IMG/VR virus record: IMGVR_UViG_3300043100_000006
Location: 1 to 64,000 of that record
Length of the DNA stretch: 64,000 nt
From: a virus
Reading direction: 5' to 3' (one strand)
The translations under genes were made by a program, and so were the position numbers. How positions within the stretch are numbered: the stretch's first letter is position 1; each line of letters begins with the position of its first letter. Shown one piece after another: positions 30,701 to 40,889 of the stretch. The notes below the pieces were generated by a model that ran no database searches, was not told where the DNA came from, and saw only the letters and a list, made by a program, of their open reading frames with translations.

Positions 30701-30714
30701 AAAGAAAGGAAACC

Positions 30715-31281
30715 ATGCAAGCCAATCGCAGGGATTTTGTAAAGTACGCAATGACCACTCTCGGCGCCCTCGCAGTCTCGGGCGGTACGATGTTACTAAC
30801 CGCGTGCGGCAATGTGGCCGAAGACATCATCACTGCATTTCAGTCTGTGCTTACAATCCTGCAAGGCGCAGGAGTAGTTCCTGGCGGAGCGCTGGTCGCG
30901 GATGTTTCTGCAGCGCTCTCAGCGGTGCTTTCGGAAGTGACTGCATATGCGAACGCGCCGGCGACCGACAAGACTTCCACTGGGTTAAAGTTGGCAACGC
31001 TGATTCAAGAAGCCCAAGCACAACTCCAAACATTTTGGAACGATCTAAAACTTACCGGCGTGCTGGCGACCGTGGTGGAGGGTGTGGTCACGGTGATACT
31101 GAGCACGCTGGCTGGATTCCTGCCAACGTTGCCGACGCCGATCGCGCAGAGCGATGTGGTCATGAAGGCGGCACGTCTACCGCGCCACCTTAACTACGTC
31201 CCGCAAAAGCTTAGCGCAAAGCAATTCCGGGCGACGGTAAACAAGTTGATGGCGGAGAACAAGTACCCGAAGGTTTTCTGA
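30715..31281 (+). CDS. Tat-signal lipoprotein
   Basis: NRRDFVK twin-arginine motif, hydrophobic stretch, LTAC lipobox. Confidence 0.75.
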   Translation: MQANRRDFVKYAMTTLGALAVSGGTMLLTACGNVAEDIITAFQSVLTILQGAGVVPGGALVADVSAALSAVLSEVTAYANAPATDKTSTGLKLATLIQEAQAQLQTFWNDLKLTGVLATVVEGVVTVILSTLAGFLPTLPTPIAQSDVVMKAARLPRHLNYVPQKLSAKQFRATVNKLMAENKYPKVF

Positions 31282-31282
31282 A

Positions 31283-31990
31283 ATGAGGAAACGAGCGGCC
31301 ATCCTGGTAGTTGGGGTCCTGTGTGCGATGCCCGTGCTTGGGCAGACGCATGCGCCGAAAGCATCACGCAAGATGGCGCGAGTAAAGACTTCGGCGATTG
31401 GTCCAACGGTGAGCCTGTGGTGGAATGCGGAGGCCGCCTCCGGATTCAACGTCTACCGCGGAACCACTGCGGCATCATCGTGTGCGACTCCGCCAGCGTT
31501 CGTGCTTATCGGTAGCACCGCTTCGGCGCCTACTTCGTCCTCGCCATATGTCGATGCGGGCGTAACTTTTGGCACGAACTACTGCTACACGATCACGGCG
31601 TTCAATACCGCTCCGCCGTGCTCGGTGACCGCGCCATGCGAGAGCGCACAAGAGACGCCAGCGGTTTTCGCGCAGACTCCAGTGAACCCGACGCCCCCAC
31701 CCCCAACCGGTTTAACGGTTGGAACGATCACGGCGAAATCCGTCCCGCTGCAATGGAAGGCACCGAGCGCACAGCCGGGGATTGCCGTCCAGTCCTACAA
31801 CGTGCTGCGGTGTCATCAAGCAACATGTCCCAACCCACCGCTAGCCGCATCGGTTACGGGCACGAAATACACGGACGAGTGTGACTATCAAGGCGGCAAG
31901 TGCTGGTACGAGATCACGGCCAACGATTTGATTGCTGGCAAGAAAGTAGTGACCGGGGCGAGCAACATCGTGCTGGCGAAAGTTCAGTAA
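31283..31990 (+). CDS. secreted protein with two FN3-like domains, paralog 1
   Basis: Sec signal; VSLWW..GFNVYRG..YCYTITA; PPTGL..LQWKAP..YNV..YEITA. Confidence 0.8.
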   Translation: MRKRAAILVVGVLCAMPVLGQTHAPKASRKMARVKTSAIGPTVSLWWNAEAASGFNVYRGTTAASSCATPPAFVLIGSTASAPTSSSPYVDAGVTFGTNYCYTITAFNTAPPCSVTAPCESAQETPAVFAQTPVNPTPPPPTGLTVGTITAKSVPLQWKAPSAQPGIAVQSYNVLRCHQATCPNPPLAASVTGTKYTDECDYQGGKCWYEITANDLIAGKKVVTGASNIVLAKVQ

Positions 31991-32001
31991 GAGGAAAGAA
32001 A

Positions 32002-32214
32002 ATGCAGCGAGGAATTGTGAAGTGGTTCAACGACGCCAAGGGTTACGGGTTCCTTGGCCGCGAAGATGGGGGCAAAGATGTATTCGTCCATTTCACAGCT
32101 ATTCAGATGGAAGGATACAAGAAGCTTGAGGGCGACGAGCAGGTTGAGTTCGAGATCGTAGAAGGGCCGAAGGGCAAACCCCAGGCAGCGAATGTGCGGC
32201 GGCTCGAAGCATAA
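32002..32214 (+). CDS. cspA: cold shock protein
   Basis: [14 protein letters not shown] (RNP1), DVFVHF (RNP2), QAANV. Confidence 0.95.
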   Translation: MQRGIVKWFNDAKGYGFLGREDGGKDVFVHFTAIQMEGYKKLEGDEQVEFEIVEGPKGKPQAANVRRLEA

Positions 32215-32848
32215 GAAAGGCACGGCATGTCAAAGTTCGCGCTCGTCGTAGTAATCGCCTGCGGCTACGTTCTCGGGCAGATCGCGTGGGAACTGGTAGG
32301 CTTGCTGGTCGAGTGGGCTGGCAAGGGAGTAGGATTGATTATAGCGGCCGCAGCGAAGCAGATGATCGCAGCGCGGCAGCGGCAAGTAGAAGCGCAAACG
32401 TTACCATCCGCGCGAGTTCGTTCACCAATCGTAAGAGAAACGGGAGGACAAGTCGATGAAAGTCACGAGCGCGAATCTTGAAGCAGTGCAAGGTCTTTTG
32501 TCGAAGGCGAGCGAGCAACTCACAGCCCAGACGAAAGCGGCGAAGTCCGCGGAAGATCAGCGGCAGGCACTTGACGGCAAAGTGCGCGGATTGCAAGGGG
32601 CGTTCGACATCTGCGCGGGATCGTTTGCGCAGGGGGTGGAGTTGAGCAGTAATCAGTTGAACGATCTGCCAGCAGAGGCGCAGCAAGCGCTGGGCTACAA
32701 GAAACTCACGCCCGGACCTGAACCACCGGCACCGTTGTCTGGGACGGTGGGAGCGCAGGCGAAGGCATCGGTCTAACGCAAGATCCAGCGGATAGCAGTA
32801 CCGCTAGAAATTTCCTCCGGAGAAAGCAGTCCCGGCGAGAGCACGAAA

Positions 32849-33112
32849 ATGGTAAGAGCGAAGTTTAAGATCACGGGCATCGAATTGTTCGAAAGCCCAG
32901 TTGGTTCCGGACGCGTGAAGATGAGTCCGGTCTACAAATATGAGGCGGGCAAAAGCGGCAACGCTTGTGAAGAGAACCGCTTATTCTGGGAAGCGACGCC
33001 AAGCGGCGAGATTTCCCTTTCGATCACAAACCCGGAAGGGTTCAAGCCATTCATCGACGCCTTCCATGCGAAGAAGCCGATGTATGTAGACTTTACTCAG
33101 GCACCTGAGTAA
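32849..33112 (+). CDS. conserved small phage protein
   Basis: VRAKF...EENRLFWEATPSG.I.L.ITNP...YVDFT pattern. Confidence 0.7.
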   Translation: MVRAKFKITGIELFESPVGSGRVKMSPVYKYEAGKSGNACEENRLFWEATPSGEISLSITNPEGFKPFIDAFHAKKPMYVDFTQAPE

Positions 33113-34364
33113 GCGACGGCGACCAGACCCCTAACCGCCTTGGTGGGCCGACCTACCTACGGGCGGGGTGGCTGGGAAGGTCAAACCGACAGGGCGGGTG
33201 TCGGCCCGCCCAACGTCGTGATCTCTCCACCGGGTGGAGACTTTCGGGAAGTTATGACAAGCGAAGAGTACGTTAAGGTTGAGCATCCGCAAGCGAGTTG
33301 TTTCTTCACGACGACTTATTGGCCCGGTTGCGGCACGCATAAAAGATGGCTCGTCACGCTGACGCCGGTTCACAGTGTGAGCAGGGGCGATGGAGAGACG
33401 CCAGAGGAAGCATGGGAGACTGCTGCTCAGTGGGTGCGCTGGCGTAAAGAACTAAAAGAAGTCAAGGAATCCTTCTCGAAACTTTCGGGAGTTTTCGCTA
33501 CAGCGGAACCGTAGCGAAAGAGGGACTGGTAGGACACCGGCTGTAAAGATTACATGTTCGGACACCTTAGTCCCTCATAAGTTCAGCGGGAACAAAATTG
33601 TTCCGGTGGGAACATTGGAGGCAGGCATGAGCGAATCGAACACACCGAACGGCGCTTGCGGGATGCCTCAGAAGCAGCCGCAGCAGGCAGGGCCGAACGT
33701 GCTGCCTCTGGGGCGAACGACGGGCGCGGTGACACCGAGTGCGCCAGCGATTAGTCCAGCGCAGCCTGTGGGGCCACAGAAGGCGGATTATCAGTAATGG
33801 AACCGGTAAGTCCAGTGCTGCCATCGTCCGGCGACCTAGAGGAGATTTTCGCGGCATCGGACGGCTCGGACAAATACGAGCGTCTACCAACCTTTCGGAC
33901 GGACAAGGCAGTTATTAGCCGATGGAGATTGACAGACGAAGAGCGGCAGCACATCGCGGACGGCGGCGATCTGTTTGTGTGCATTCTGAACTTCGGGCAA
34001 CCAATATGGCCAATCATGCCGATTGCTGCATCGCCCGAACTGGCGCTTGAGACGCTGCTGCGAGTTGAGGAGCATGTATGAGAAAGCCAGTCTTCAAGCC
34101 GATATTCATTTCACGGTTAGCGATTCCGATGTCACCGAAAACGCGGTCGCAAAGGTTCCGCGCATGGCTGGAGAAGTGGCTGCCTGTACGATTCGGTCCG
34201 CGCACGTCCGCGTATCCCTTGGGCGATGTGACATGCGAGTACACCCCGAAGCCAAGAGAAGCGCTACTAGGCGACGATAAGACCATTGAGACATGCCGAG
34301 ATCGCTTCAATAACATCAGGTTTGACGGAACCGAGCCGTACATCCCCCCACCTGAGAGCATCGC

Positions 34365-34715
34365 ATGAATCGGCGCGCATTTTTGACGGCGCTATGTGCG
34401 CTCGCCATACCGTTCAAAGCAGCCAAAGCTTTCGCGAGCGGTGGCATTGTGCCAGGAGACAGTAGTTACCTTGTCGGCTCGGTGCCCACGGATTTCGTGC
34501 TGCCCCGTGCAATCGCAGACGCGATACTCGCGAAGACACGTGCAGAGTGGGAACAGGGTCCGGATTCAGTCTATAAATACATCGGCGCACACGAGTCAGG
34601 CGCTACTATTGTAACGGGTGGATGCGGACCAGCAGTCCCGGTCCTACTTGGTAGACAGAGAATGTCGGCGCGATGGTGCTGGACGGCCCCCTTCAAAGGC
34701 GAAAGAACGGCGTAA
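34365..34715 (+). CDS. small Tat-signal protein
   Basis: MNRRAFLTALCALA. Confidence 0.55.
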   Translation: MNRRAFLTALCALAIPFKAAKAFASGGIVPGDSSYLVGSVPTDFVLPRAIADAILAKTRAEWEQGPDSVYKYIGAHESGATIVTGGCGPAVPVLLGRQRMSARWCWTAPFKGERTA

Positions 34716-34719
34716 GTCC

Positions 34720-35262
34720 ATGAGCGGAACGGAGATAACGGCTGGCGCAGCAAGCACCGCGATTAGCAGCGCGAAAAGAAAGAAGGGTGGGCCAGGCAAT
34801 CCTTCGAAGATCATTGCGCATCGGTTCAAGAAGAACGACCCGGAAACGGGCTTTCGGGATGAGCGAATTAATCGCACCGCGCTGCAAATGCAGAAGCGCA
34901 CACTTTTGGATGATATCCAAGATGACCTAGCGGAAATAGTCCTGTGTACGGATGGACTAAAACGAACGAACAGCAGGCGGGTAGCTGAGGCGATTCGCAC
35001 AGCGGCAGTGAGAGGCAAGATGGAAGCAGCTCATATTCTGCTGGATCGCACGCTCGGCAAAGTGCCAGCGGTTGGAACTGGGGGAGGCCCGGAGCGAATT
35101 CCGGGGACGCCTGGGACTGAAGTGAACGTGACAGTGAATGCCCAAGCAATTGCGAACGCGCAAGTTGAAAGCAGAAACACCAAAGATCCATCAGAACTTG
35201 TCCGACTCCTCGACGAGTACTATGGACTCGCCCGCAGGGACGATGTCAGGCTCAGCGGTTGA
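34720..35262 (+). CDS. terminase small subunit (putative)
   Basis: Overlaps terL; GNPS...RFKK...D.RINR; A.RG.MEAA..LLDRTLGK. Confidence 0.7.
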   Translation: MSGTEITAGAASTAISSAKRKKGGPGNPSKIIAHRFKKNDPETGFRDERINRTALQMQKRTLLDDIQDDLAEIVLCTDGLKRTNSRRVAEAIRTAAVRGKMEAAHILLDRTLGKVPAVGTGGGPERIPGTPGTEVNVTVNAQAIANAQVESRNTKDPSELVRLLDEYYGLARRDDVRLSG

Positions 35263-36772
35263 GGTACTGCCGCCAGAAGTTCCCAAGAATCCGTTGCGGC
35301 TGTATAAGTATCAAGCGGACTGGATTAACGATGAGTCGCAGTTAACGATCGCCACAAAGGCTCGGCGGATCGGCTTCTCGTTTGCGGCTGGGTTTAAGGG
35401 TATACGTAAATGCCTACTGAAGAAGCAAGACTTCATTGTTCTCAGCGCTGGCGAGCGGCAATCAATTGAATTTATCGGTAAGTGCGTCGCCCCACATTTG
35501 CGAGCGATCGGGGCGATTGCGGAATATCATGACGCATTCTTTCCGGGCTCCTCGATTTTAGAGAAGCGCGTCATTCTTGGAAACGGTTCCCGCGTTATAG
35601 CACTGCCGGCGAATCCTGAGACAGCGCGAAGTTACGGCGGGGATGTTCTGCTCGACGAGTTCGCGTTCCATCTTGACGCGCGTAAAATCTACGAAGCTAT
35701 CGCGCCATCAATAACCCTTGGCTACGAGTTGGCGATTATCTCGACGCCAAATGGTCAACAGGGGCCGTATTACGAGTTAGCCAAAGAAGCTGGATTGACG
35801 GGAGAGGAACCCAAGAGCAAGCGATTCTCCCCGCACAGTTGCAACATCTTCCAGGCGATTGAACAAGGATTTTCGGATCGCTTCGGTAGGCCATTGGTCG
35901 CAGAAGAAGTTCGGCAGACATGTCTTGACGAGGAGATGTGGCTCCAGGAATTTTGTTGCCAGTTCCTTTCGATTCTTTCGCAGTGGATACCATACGAACT
36001 ATACAAGGCGAATGAATCGAGTTCGGCATCAAGCGGGGAGCCAGACCCGGAATACTCAAACATGTACGCGGGTTGGGACATCGCCCGTAACAAGGATCTG
36101 TCTGTTGTCTGGTTCATGAACCAGGTAGGGGATGTGAGCGTAACCCGCGGACTCTGGGAGATGAGGAACATCCCAACGCCGGAGCAGGTACGGCGCATCT
36201 GTGCGATCATGCCGCGGATTCGGCGGCTCTGTATCGACAAGTCGGGCATGGGCCTTCCTATCTTCGAGCAATTGGAAGAGAAGTTTGGTGCGAGCCGGGT
36301 AGAGGGAGTGCAGTTCACGCTTCCTGCAAAAGAGGCGCTAGCAACGCATGGCAAGCGCCGGATGGAAGAAGCGAAAGTCCGTATTCCAGAAGGGCAAGAC
36401 ACGATCCGGTATTCCTTCGCTTCGATTAAGAAGACTACGACAGCGACAGGCCAAGCGCGCTTCGATGCCGAGCATGACGAGAAGTACGGACACGGCGATC
36501 ACTTTTGGAGTTTCTGTCTTGCGGAATCAGCGGGACATAATCCAGGTGATGGGTTCATGCGCTGGTTGCAAATCAAGTCAGACGAGAAGAAGCAAAATGC
36601 TCCGGTGCCAGGCCCGCAGGATATTGGCGGAGGGCTGGTGTTGGGCGCGGCTCCAGTTGCTGGCACGGTAACAGTGAACGCGCCAGAGACGGCGGGACCG
36701 GAGAAACCTAGAGAGCAAGTGAAACCATTCACCGATCCGTACGGATTGCTGCAAAGAGCAGCGAGGAAATAA
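35243..36772 (+). CDS. terL: terminase large subunit (Mu gp28-like)
   Basis: KARRIGFS Walker A, LLDEFAF Walker B, ISTPNG, GWDIAR..D nuclease motif, HGD. Confidence 0.95.
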   Translation: MSGSAVEVLPPEVPKNPLRLYKYQADWINDESQLTIATKARRIGFSFAAGFKGIRKCLLKKQDFIVLSAGERQSIEFIGKCVAPHLRAIGAIAEYHDAFFPGSSILEKRVILGNGSRVIALPANPETARSYGGDVLLDEFAFHLDARKIYEAIAPSITLGYELAIISTPNGQQGPYYELAKEAGLTGEEPKSKRFSPHSCNIFQAIEQGFSDRFGRPLVAEEVRQTCLDEEMWLQEFCCQFLSILSQWIPYELYKANESSSASSGEPDPEYSNMYAGWDIARNKDLSVVWFMNQVGDVSVTRGLWEMRNIPTPEQVRRICAIMPRIRRLCIDKSGMGLPIFEQLEEKFGASRVEGVQFTLPAKEALATHGKRRMEEAKVRIPEGQDTIRYSFASIKKTTTATGQARFDAEHDEKYGHGDHFWSFCLAESAGHNPGDGFMRWLQIKSDEKKQNAPVPGPQDIGGGLVLGAAPVAGTVTVNAPETAGPEKPREQVKPFTDPYGLLQRAARK

Positions 36773-38062
36773 ATGACGTTCCGCTCACGAACCGATTTGA
36801 ACGTACAGCAACTTCCGAGCACCATCCCGGTGATGGGGCCAGCGGGTTCTATTGTTACCGACCCTGCTTTCGGATGTCAGATCATTCGCGCTACGGATGA
36901 GAACTCAATTCTGTTATCGGGGAAGCCGAGTGCGTTCTGTACTGCGGGAGACGGCGGGTCCGCTGATGTCAACGTGTGGAACATGGATTCGACGATGTTG
37001 TACGTGCAGGATGCAGGCGGAGGCGGATTCATTCTCAGTTTTAATCCGCTAACCTTGGCAGTGAAGCGCATCTTTACATCGTTCCGTCCGATTGGGGGTT
37101 GCGTATTCAGTCGAGTAAGCCCAACGGTCCTATTCAATTTGAACGGCACGCAATTTCTGCAATACGATCTCTCGAATCAGTCTTTATCTACTCCTCCGGC
37201 GCCGGTTCTCGTCTGTGACTTTGCCGAGCAGTTGCCCGCGACGGCAACATGGAAGAGCATAGGAGGAGTGGAAAACGGCGATACCGTATTCACGGCTGCA
37301 TTCTCCACTGCTGGCGACCAGGGAACAGGAATTTATGCTTGCTGTTATATCGTCGGCTGCGGGTATCGCACTTGGAATACGGAAACCGGTGTAGTAAGTG
37401 GCACGTTTGGGACACAGGGAACGGTCAGTTTTCCCGATCGATTTACGATCCACAATGTGAAAGGGAATAAGACCGGCCAGTGGCTAGTGGTAGCAGCAAC
37501 CACGAAGTTCGCCGGGGCGATTGGAGAGGGACCGTATCTCTGGAACATCAACACGTTGCAGGTTGGCAATATCGGTGTAGTGTGGGGCGGGCACTGGACT
37601 GCCGGTTACTGCGAATTCTACAATTGGGACAGTTCTGACAAATTCGGTATCCCATACGGGGCGCACGTTCGGCGCTCGCTTTACAATTTGGGGCAGCCAA
37701 ACAGGATAGCAAACCCGAGCCCGACGCCAACGTTGATGACCGCGTTGGATGATCACGTAAGCATGAATGGGCAGGATAGCTCACTGTTGATTTCTGGGAC
37801 GGCGTGGGTTGTTCCTGTGGGGTCACCACTCGCACCATTTCCGGCAGCCTGGTACAACGAAATCATCGGGTTTGATCTGACGGGCACGGGCATTGTCTGG
37901 CGCTTTTGTCATACGTTCACGAGAGGCAGTTCGGGAAACTTTTATGCCGACAACGCCATTGCGTGCGGCGATCAGTTGAATACTTTCGTGGCGTTCACGT
38001 CGGACTGGATGGGAACGCTGTCTGGGGAGCGAGCGGACGTGTTTATCGTTGCACTGAAATAG
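36773..38062 (+). CDS. beta-propeller-like protein, possibly carbohydrate-active
   Basis: DPAFG..IIR.TD start, beta-rich repeats, VAFTSDW..DVFIV end. Confidence 0.6.
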   Translation: MTFRSRTDLNVQQLPSTIPVMGPAGSIVTDPAFGCQIIRATDENSILLSGKPSAFCTAGDGGSADVNVWNMDSTMLYVQDAGGGGFILSFNPLTLAVKRIFTSFRPIGGCVFSRVSPTVLFNLNGTQFLQYDLSNQSLSTPPAPVLVCDFAEQLPATATWKSIGGVENGDTVFTAAFSTAGDQGTGIYACCYIVGCGYRTWNTETGVVSGTFGTQGTVSFPDRFTIHNVKGNKTGQWLVVAATTKFAGAIGEGPYLWNINTLQVGNIGVVWGGHWTAGYCEFYNWDSSDKFGIPYGAHVRRSLYNLGQPNRIANPSPTPTLMTALDDHVSMNGQDSSLLISGTAWVVPVGSPLAPFPAAWYNEIIGFDLTGTGIVWRFCHTFTRGSSGNFYADNAIACGDQLNTFVAFTSDWMGTLSGERADVFIVALK

Positions 38063-38238
38063 GGGGCGATTGCTATGCCATCGGGCGGAGTGCTTGTATT
38101 ATGCGCAGCCCTTGCTACTGTGATGTACGTTGGCGACAAGGTTGTGCACCTTAAGCCGATCCAGAAAGCAAATCACGAGATCTGCCGCGTCGCGACAGGA
38201 TTTCAGAAGTGCAAGACCGCAAAGAGATTGGAGACCAA

Positions 38239-39129
38239 GTGACATCGAAGGAATTGGTACAGAAAACTGTGCTGGGCTGGAGTGGCAGACTGGCCGCACA
38301 CGAAATTTCTTACAATGGCGACGGCCATGTGCATCGTGCGATTCCTTACAACCCCACGACCCCAGCGGTTGCGCTACAGAAGGCGCAACTGATGCAGTCG
38401 GACGGAGTGGATATTTGCATCTGCACATGGCAGGGGCCGTGGGCAGAATCCTGCAATGCGGCAGCGATAGCGATGCTGGCCGCGTGTGAGCAGGTAGGGT
38501 TGCAGTTTGCGCTACTGCTTGATCCTGGCGGAATGCAGAAGTGGCTAGCAAATCAATCGCAAGCAACAATTACGGACAATGTGATAGCGGCTCTGCAAGC
38601 GGTCTCCACGGTGCAAATGATCGACTCCCCGGCGTACGTGCCAGAACGATGGGTATTGGATTTCAACACAGGCGCGAACCTGTCTACGCTGAAGACGGCG
38701 TTGCCATCGCTTACGTTCCTAGAACAGGGGGCGGGTTTCAGTTGGATTAGCATTCCAGCAATCACAGATTCGACGGCTCGCAACACTGCCGCAGTGGCGA
38801 ATCTGAAAACGCAGCACGCAAACCCAGCAATGAAGATTGCCAGTTTCTGCAAGTCGTTCGATGACAGCGGCCAGCCTTTACCGACAGGAGTGCAATCGCA
38901 ATCGGCGTTTGATGCTGCAGGCGGAGTCCGAAACCTCACCAACTCCGTGTGGAGCGGCCCAGCCCGCATTCTGGAATCGTTTGCGGGCCAGTTCTCGCTG
39001 CAACAGTTGGCGACGATCAACCCGGCGACGCCGGTGATCGCCATCTTAACTTGGTCGGATTACGACGAACAGAGTTCCGGTCCTCGCGAAAAAGTAGTCG
39101 CCGAGGAGCAGGGAATCGTCTGGTTATAG
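38239..39129 (+). CDS. putative glycoside hydrolase (GH71/GH99-like TIM barrel)
   Basis: Q..LM..DGVD....WQG; FDD; ILTWSDYDE resembles the TWND..E motif. Confidence 0.55.
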   Translation: MTSKELVQKTVLGWSGRLAAHEISYNGDGHVHRAIPYNPTTPAVALQKAQLMQSDGVDICICTWQGPWAESCNAAAIAMLAACEQVGLQFALLLDPGGMQKWLANQSQATITDNVIAALQAVSTVQMIDSPAYVPERWVLDFNTGANLSTLKTALPSLTFLEQGAGFSWISIPAITDSTARNTAAVANLKTQHANPAMKIASFCKSFDDSGQPLPTGVQSQSAFDAAGGVRNLTNSVWSGPARILESFAGQFSLQQLATINPATPVIAILTWSDYDEQSSGPREKVVAEEQGIVWL

Positions 39130-39164
39130 GGCTATAGCCGTGAAAGTGATCAGAGGGAACTGAA

Positions 39165-40889
39165 ATGGCGCGCGGACTTGTCCAATCCGGGTTCGGTAAG
39201 GCAACGCCGATCAGCCGTGGCTTGTTCGAGCGATTCACGGATGGCGTGAACACACAGATTTCGTCCATCAACCCGATGGGATGGATGGGGCCGTCGCAGC
39301 CGATGGCCAGAGTGGCGCCACGCGGGACGCAGACGCGCATCTGGGATTACCGCTTTGGGCAGAACATCGATTACACGCCGAAAGCGTTCGAGGGTTACTG
39401 CTACGAGGTGCTACGAGACCTAGCGGACGGTTTCGATCTTCTACGGATGGTGATCGAGACGCGAAAGGATCAAGTGAGTCGCGTTCCGCATTCGTTCACA
39501 ATGCGAGCGCAGCCAGGCGAGCCGCCGAGCAAAACGAAAGAGCGACAGTTGGAAGATAAGCGCATTGGTAAACTGGAGGAGTTTTTCTCGAAGCCAGATG
39601 GCGTGCACAGTTTCTCCGACTGGCAGCGCATGATTCTCGAAGACATGTTCGTGATCGATGCGCCTTGTGTCTGCCCGCGCTGGCGGAGAGATGGCGGAGT
39701 GTACGGGTTCGATGCGATCGACGGCGCAACAATCAACATCCTAGTGGATGAGAACGGGAGACTTCCGGAGCCGCCAGACCCAGCGTATCGGCAGATTATC
39801 AAAGGGATGCCGGCAGTGGATATGATGATTCCGACGCCGGCAATTCGGAAGTCGGATCAGTTATTTTATTTCCCACGCAACGTGCGGACGCGCTGGCTTT
39901 ATGGATATAGTCCAGTAGAACAAGTTGTGCTGACCGTCAATATTGGACTGCGGCGCCAAATCCATCAACTTCAATGGTACACGGATGGGACGATCCCAGA
40001 TGTGTTTCTCGAAGCACCAGAGGGTTTGAGCGAGGACCGCTTCACGCAATTCGAGGCGATGTGGAACGAGAAGTTTGCGACCACTCAGGCCCGCCGCAAA
40101 GCTAATTTCATTCCGCACGGGACTGCGGTCACCTTCGCGAAAGACCCGAAACTGAAAGACGAGATGGATGAATATCTCGCACGCAAGATCGCTTACGCAT
40201 TCAGCGTGTCGCCGACAGCTCTGGTCAAGATGGTGAATCGAGCGGCCGGCCAGCAGATGAGCGAGGACGCGAAAGCGGAAGGGCTCGAACCCATCTTGGC
40301 ATGGTGGAAAGAGTTCATGGACGATCTACTTGGATTCATGGGCTGCTCGGATATCGAGTATGCGAACGGACAGAGTTCACGCGAGAATCCTCTGCTGCAA
40401 GCGCAGGTCAATCAAATTTATCTGAGCACGGTCGACGACCAGGGCCACAGCGTTCTGCGGGCAAATGAAGTTAGAGAGGATCTCGGTCGCGACCAAATTG
40501 ACTACGCCGCCGAGGACGACGAAGAATTCCAGAAAGGACTCGATCAGCAGAGTCAGCGCAACGATCTTCAGGCAGACAGCCAGGAGGATATGATGCGCCG
40601 GCAGCAGCAAGTACAGCACGCCGACGAGCCGCGGCCCAAGGCGGCAAAGGCGCTTGCGGAGTGTCCGCTGTGCCGCACGGGAATGAAGGTAGTGATGCGC
40701 GACGGCGATACAGTGACCGGGCCGCATCACGTGGACAGCGACGGCACAGAACTGTTGTGTTATGCGGCGCAAAAGGTTTTGGGTACGGCGCAAAAAAAAA
40801 AGGCTCGAAGCCTACGCGCTACCGGGTCGACTCGGGTTCTCGGAGCGAGCGTCACACGCAAGCTTTTGTCCGAACATCGAACTTACTGA
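39165..40889 (+). CDS. portal protein
   Basis: LRDLAD...LR.VIETRKDQ, IDGATI, YRQIIKG, YGYSPVEQ, YTDGTIP; position after terL. Confidence 0.92.
   Translation: MARGLVQSGFGKATPISRGLFERFTDGVNTQISSINPMGWMGPSQPMARVAPRGTQTRIWDYRFGQNIDYTPKAFEGYCYEVLRDLADGFDLLRMVIETRKDQVSRVPHSFTMRAQPGEPPSKTKERQLEDKRIGKLEEFFSKPDGVHSFSDWQRMILEDMFVIDAPCVCPRWRRDGGVYGFDAIDGATINILVDENGRLPEPPDPAYRQIIKGMPAVDMMIPTPAIRKSDQLFYFPRNVRTRWLYGYSPVEQVVLTVNIGLRRQIHQLQWYTDGTIPDVFLEAPEGLSEDRFTQFEAMWNEKFATTQARRKANFIPHGTAVTFAKDPKLKDEMDEYLARKIAYAFSVSPTALVKMVNRAAGQQMSEDAKAEGLEPILAWWKEFMDDLLGFMGCSDIEYANGQSSRENPLLQAQVNQIYLSTVDDQGHSVLRANEVREDLGRDQIDYAAEDDEEFQKGLDQQSQRNDLQADSQEDMMRRQQQVQHADEPRPKAAKALAECPLCRTGMKVVMRDGDTVTGPHHVDSDGTELLCYAAQKVLGTAQKKKARSLRATGSTRVLGASVTRKLLSEHRTY
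40796..40802 (+). promoter_or_regulatory. -1 slippery heptamer A_AAA_AAG in A10 run
   Basis: In the portal frame CAA AAA AAA AAG; the -1 frame is open to 42241. Confidence 0.65.

Noticed and set aside
40661-40801. ORF-track start of the MuF/2H ORF at 40661
   Set aside because: No RBS, and the first ~45 codons overlap the portal C-terminus; frameshift entry or an assembly indel is more plausible
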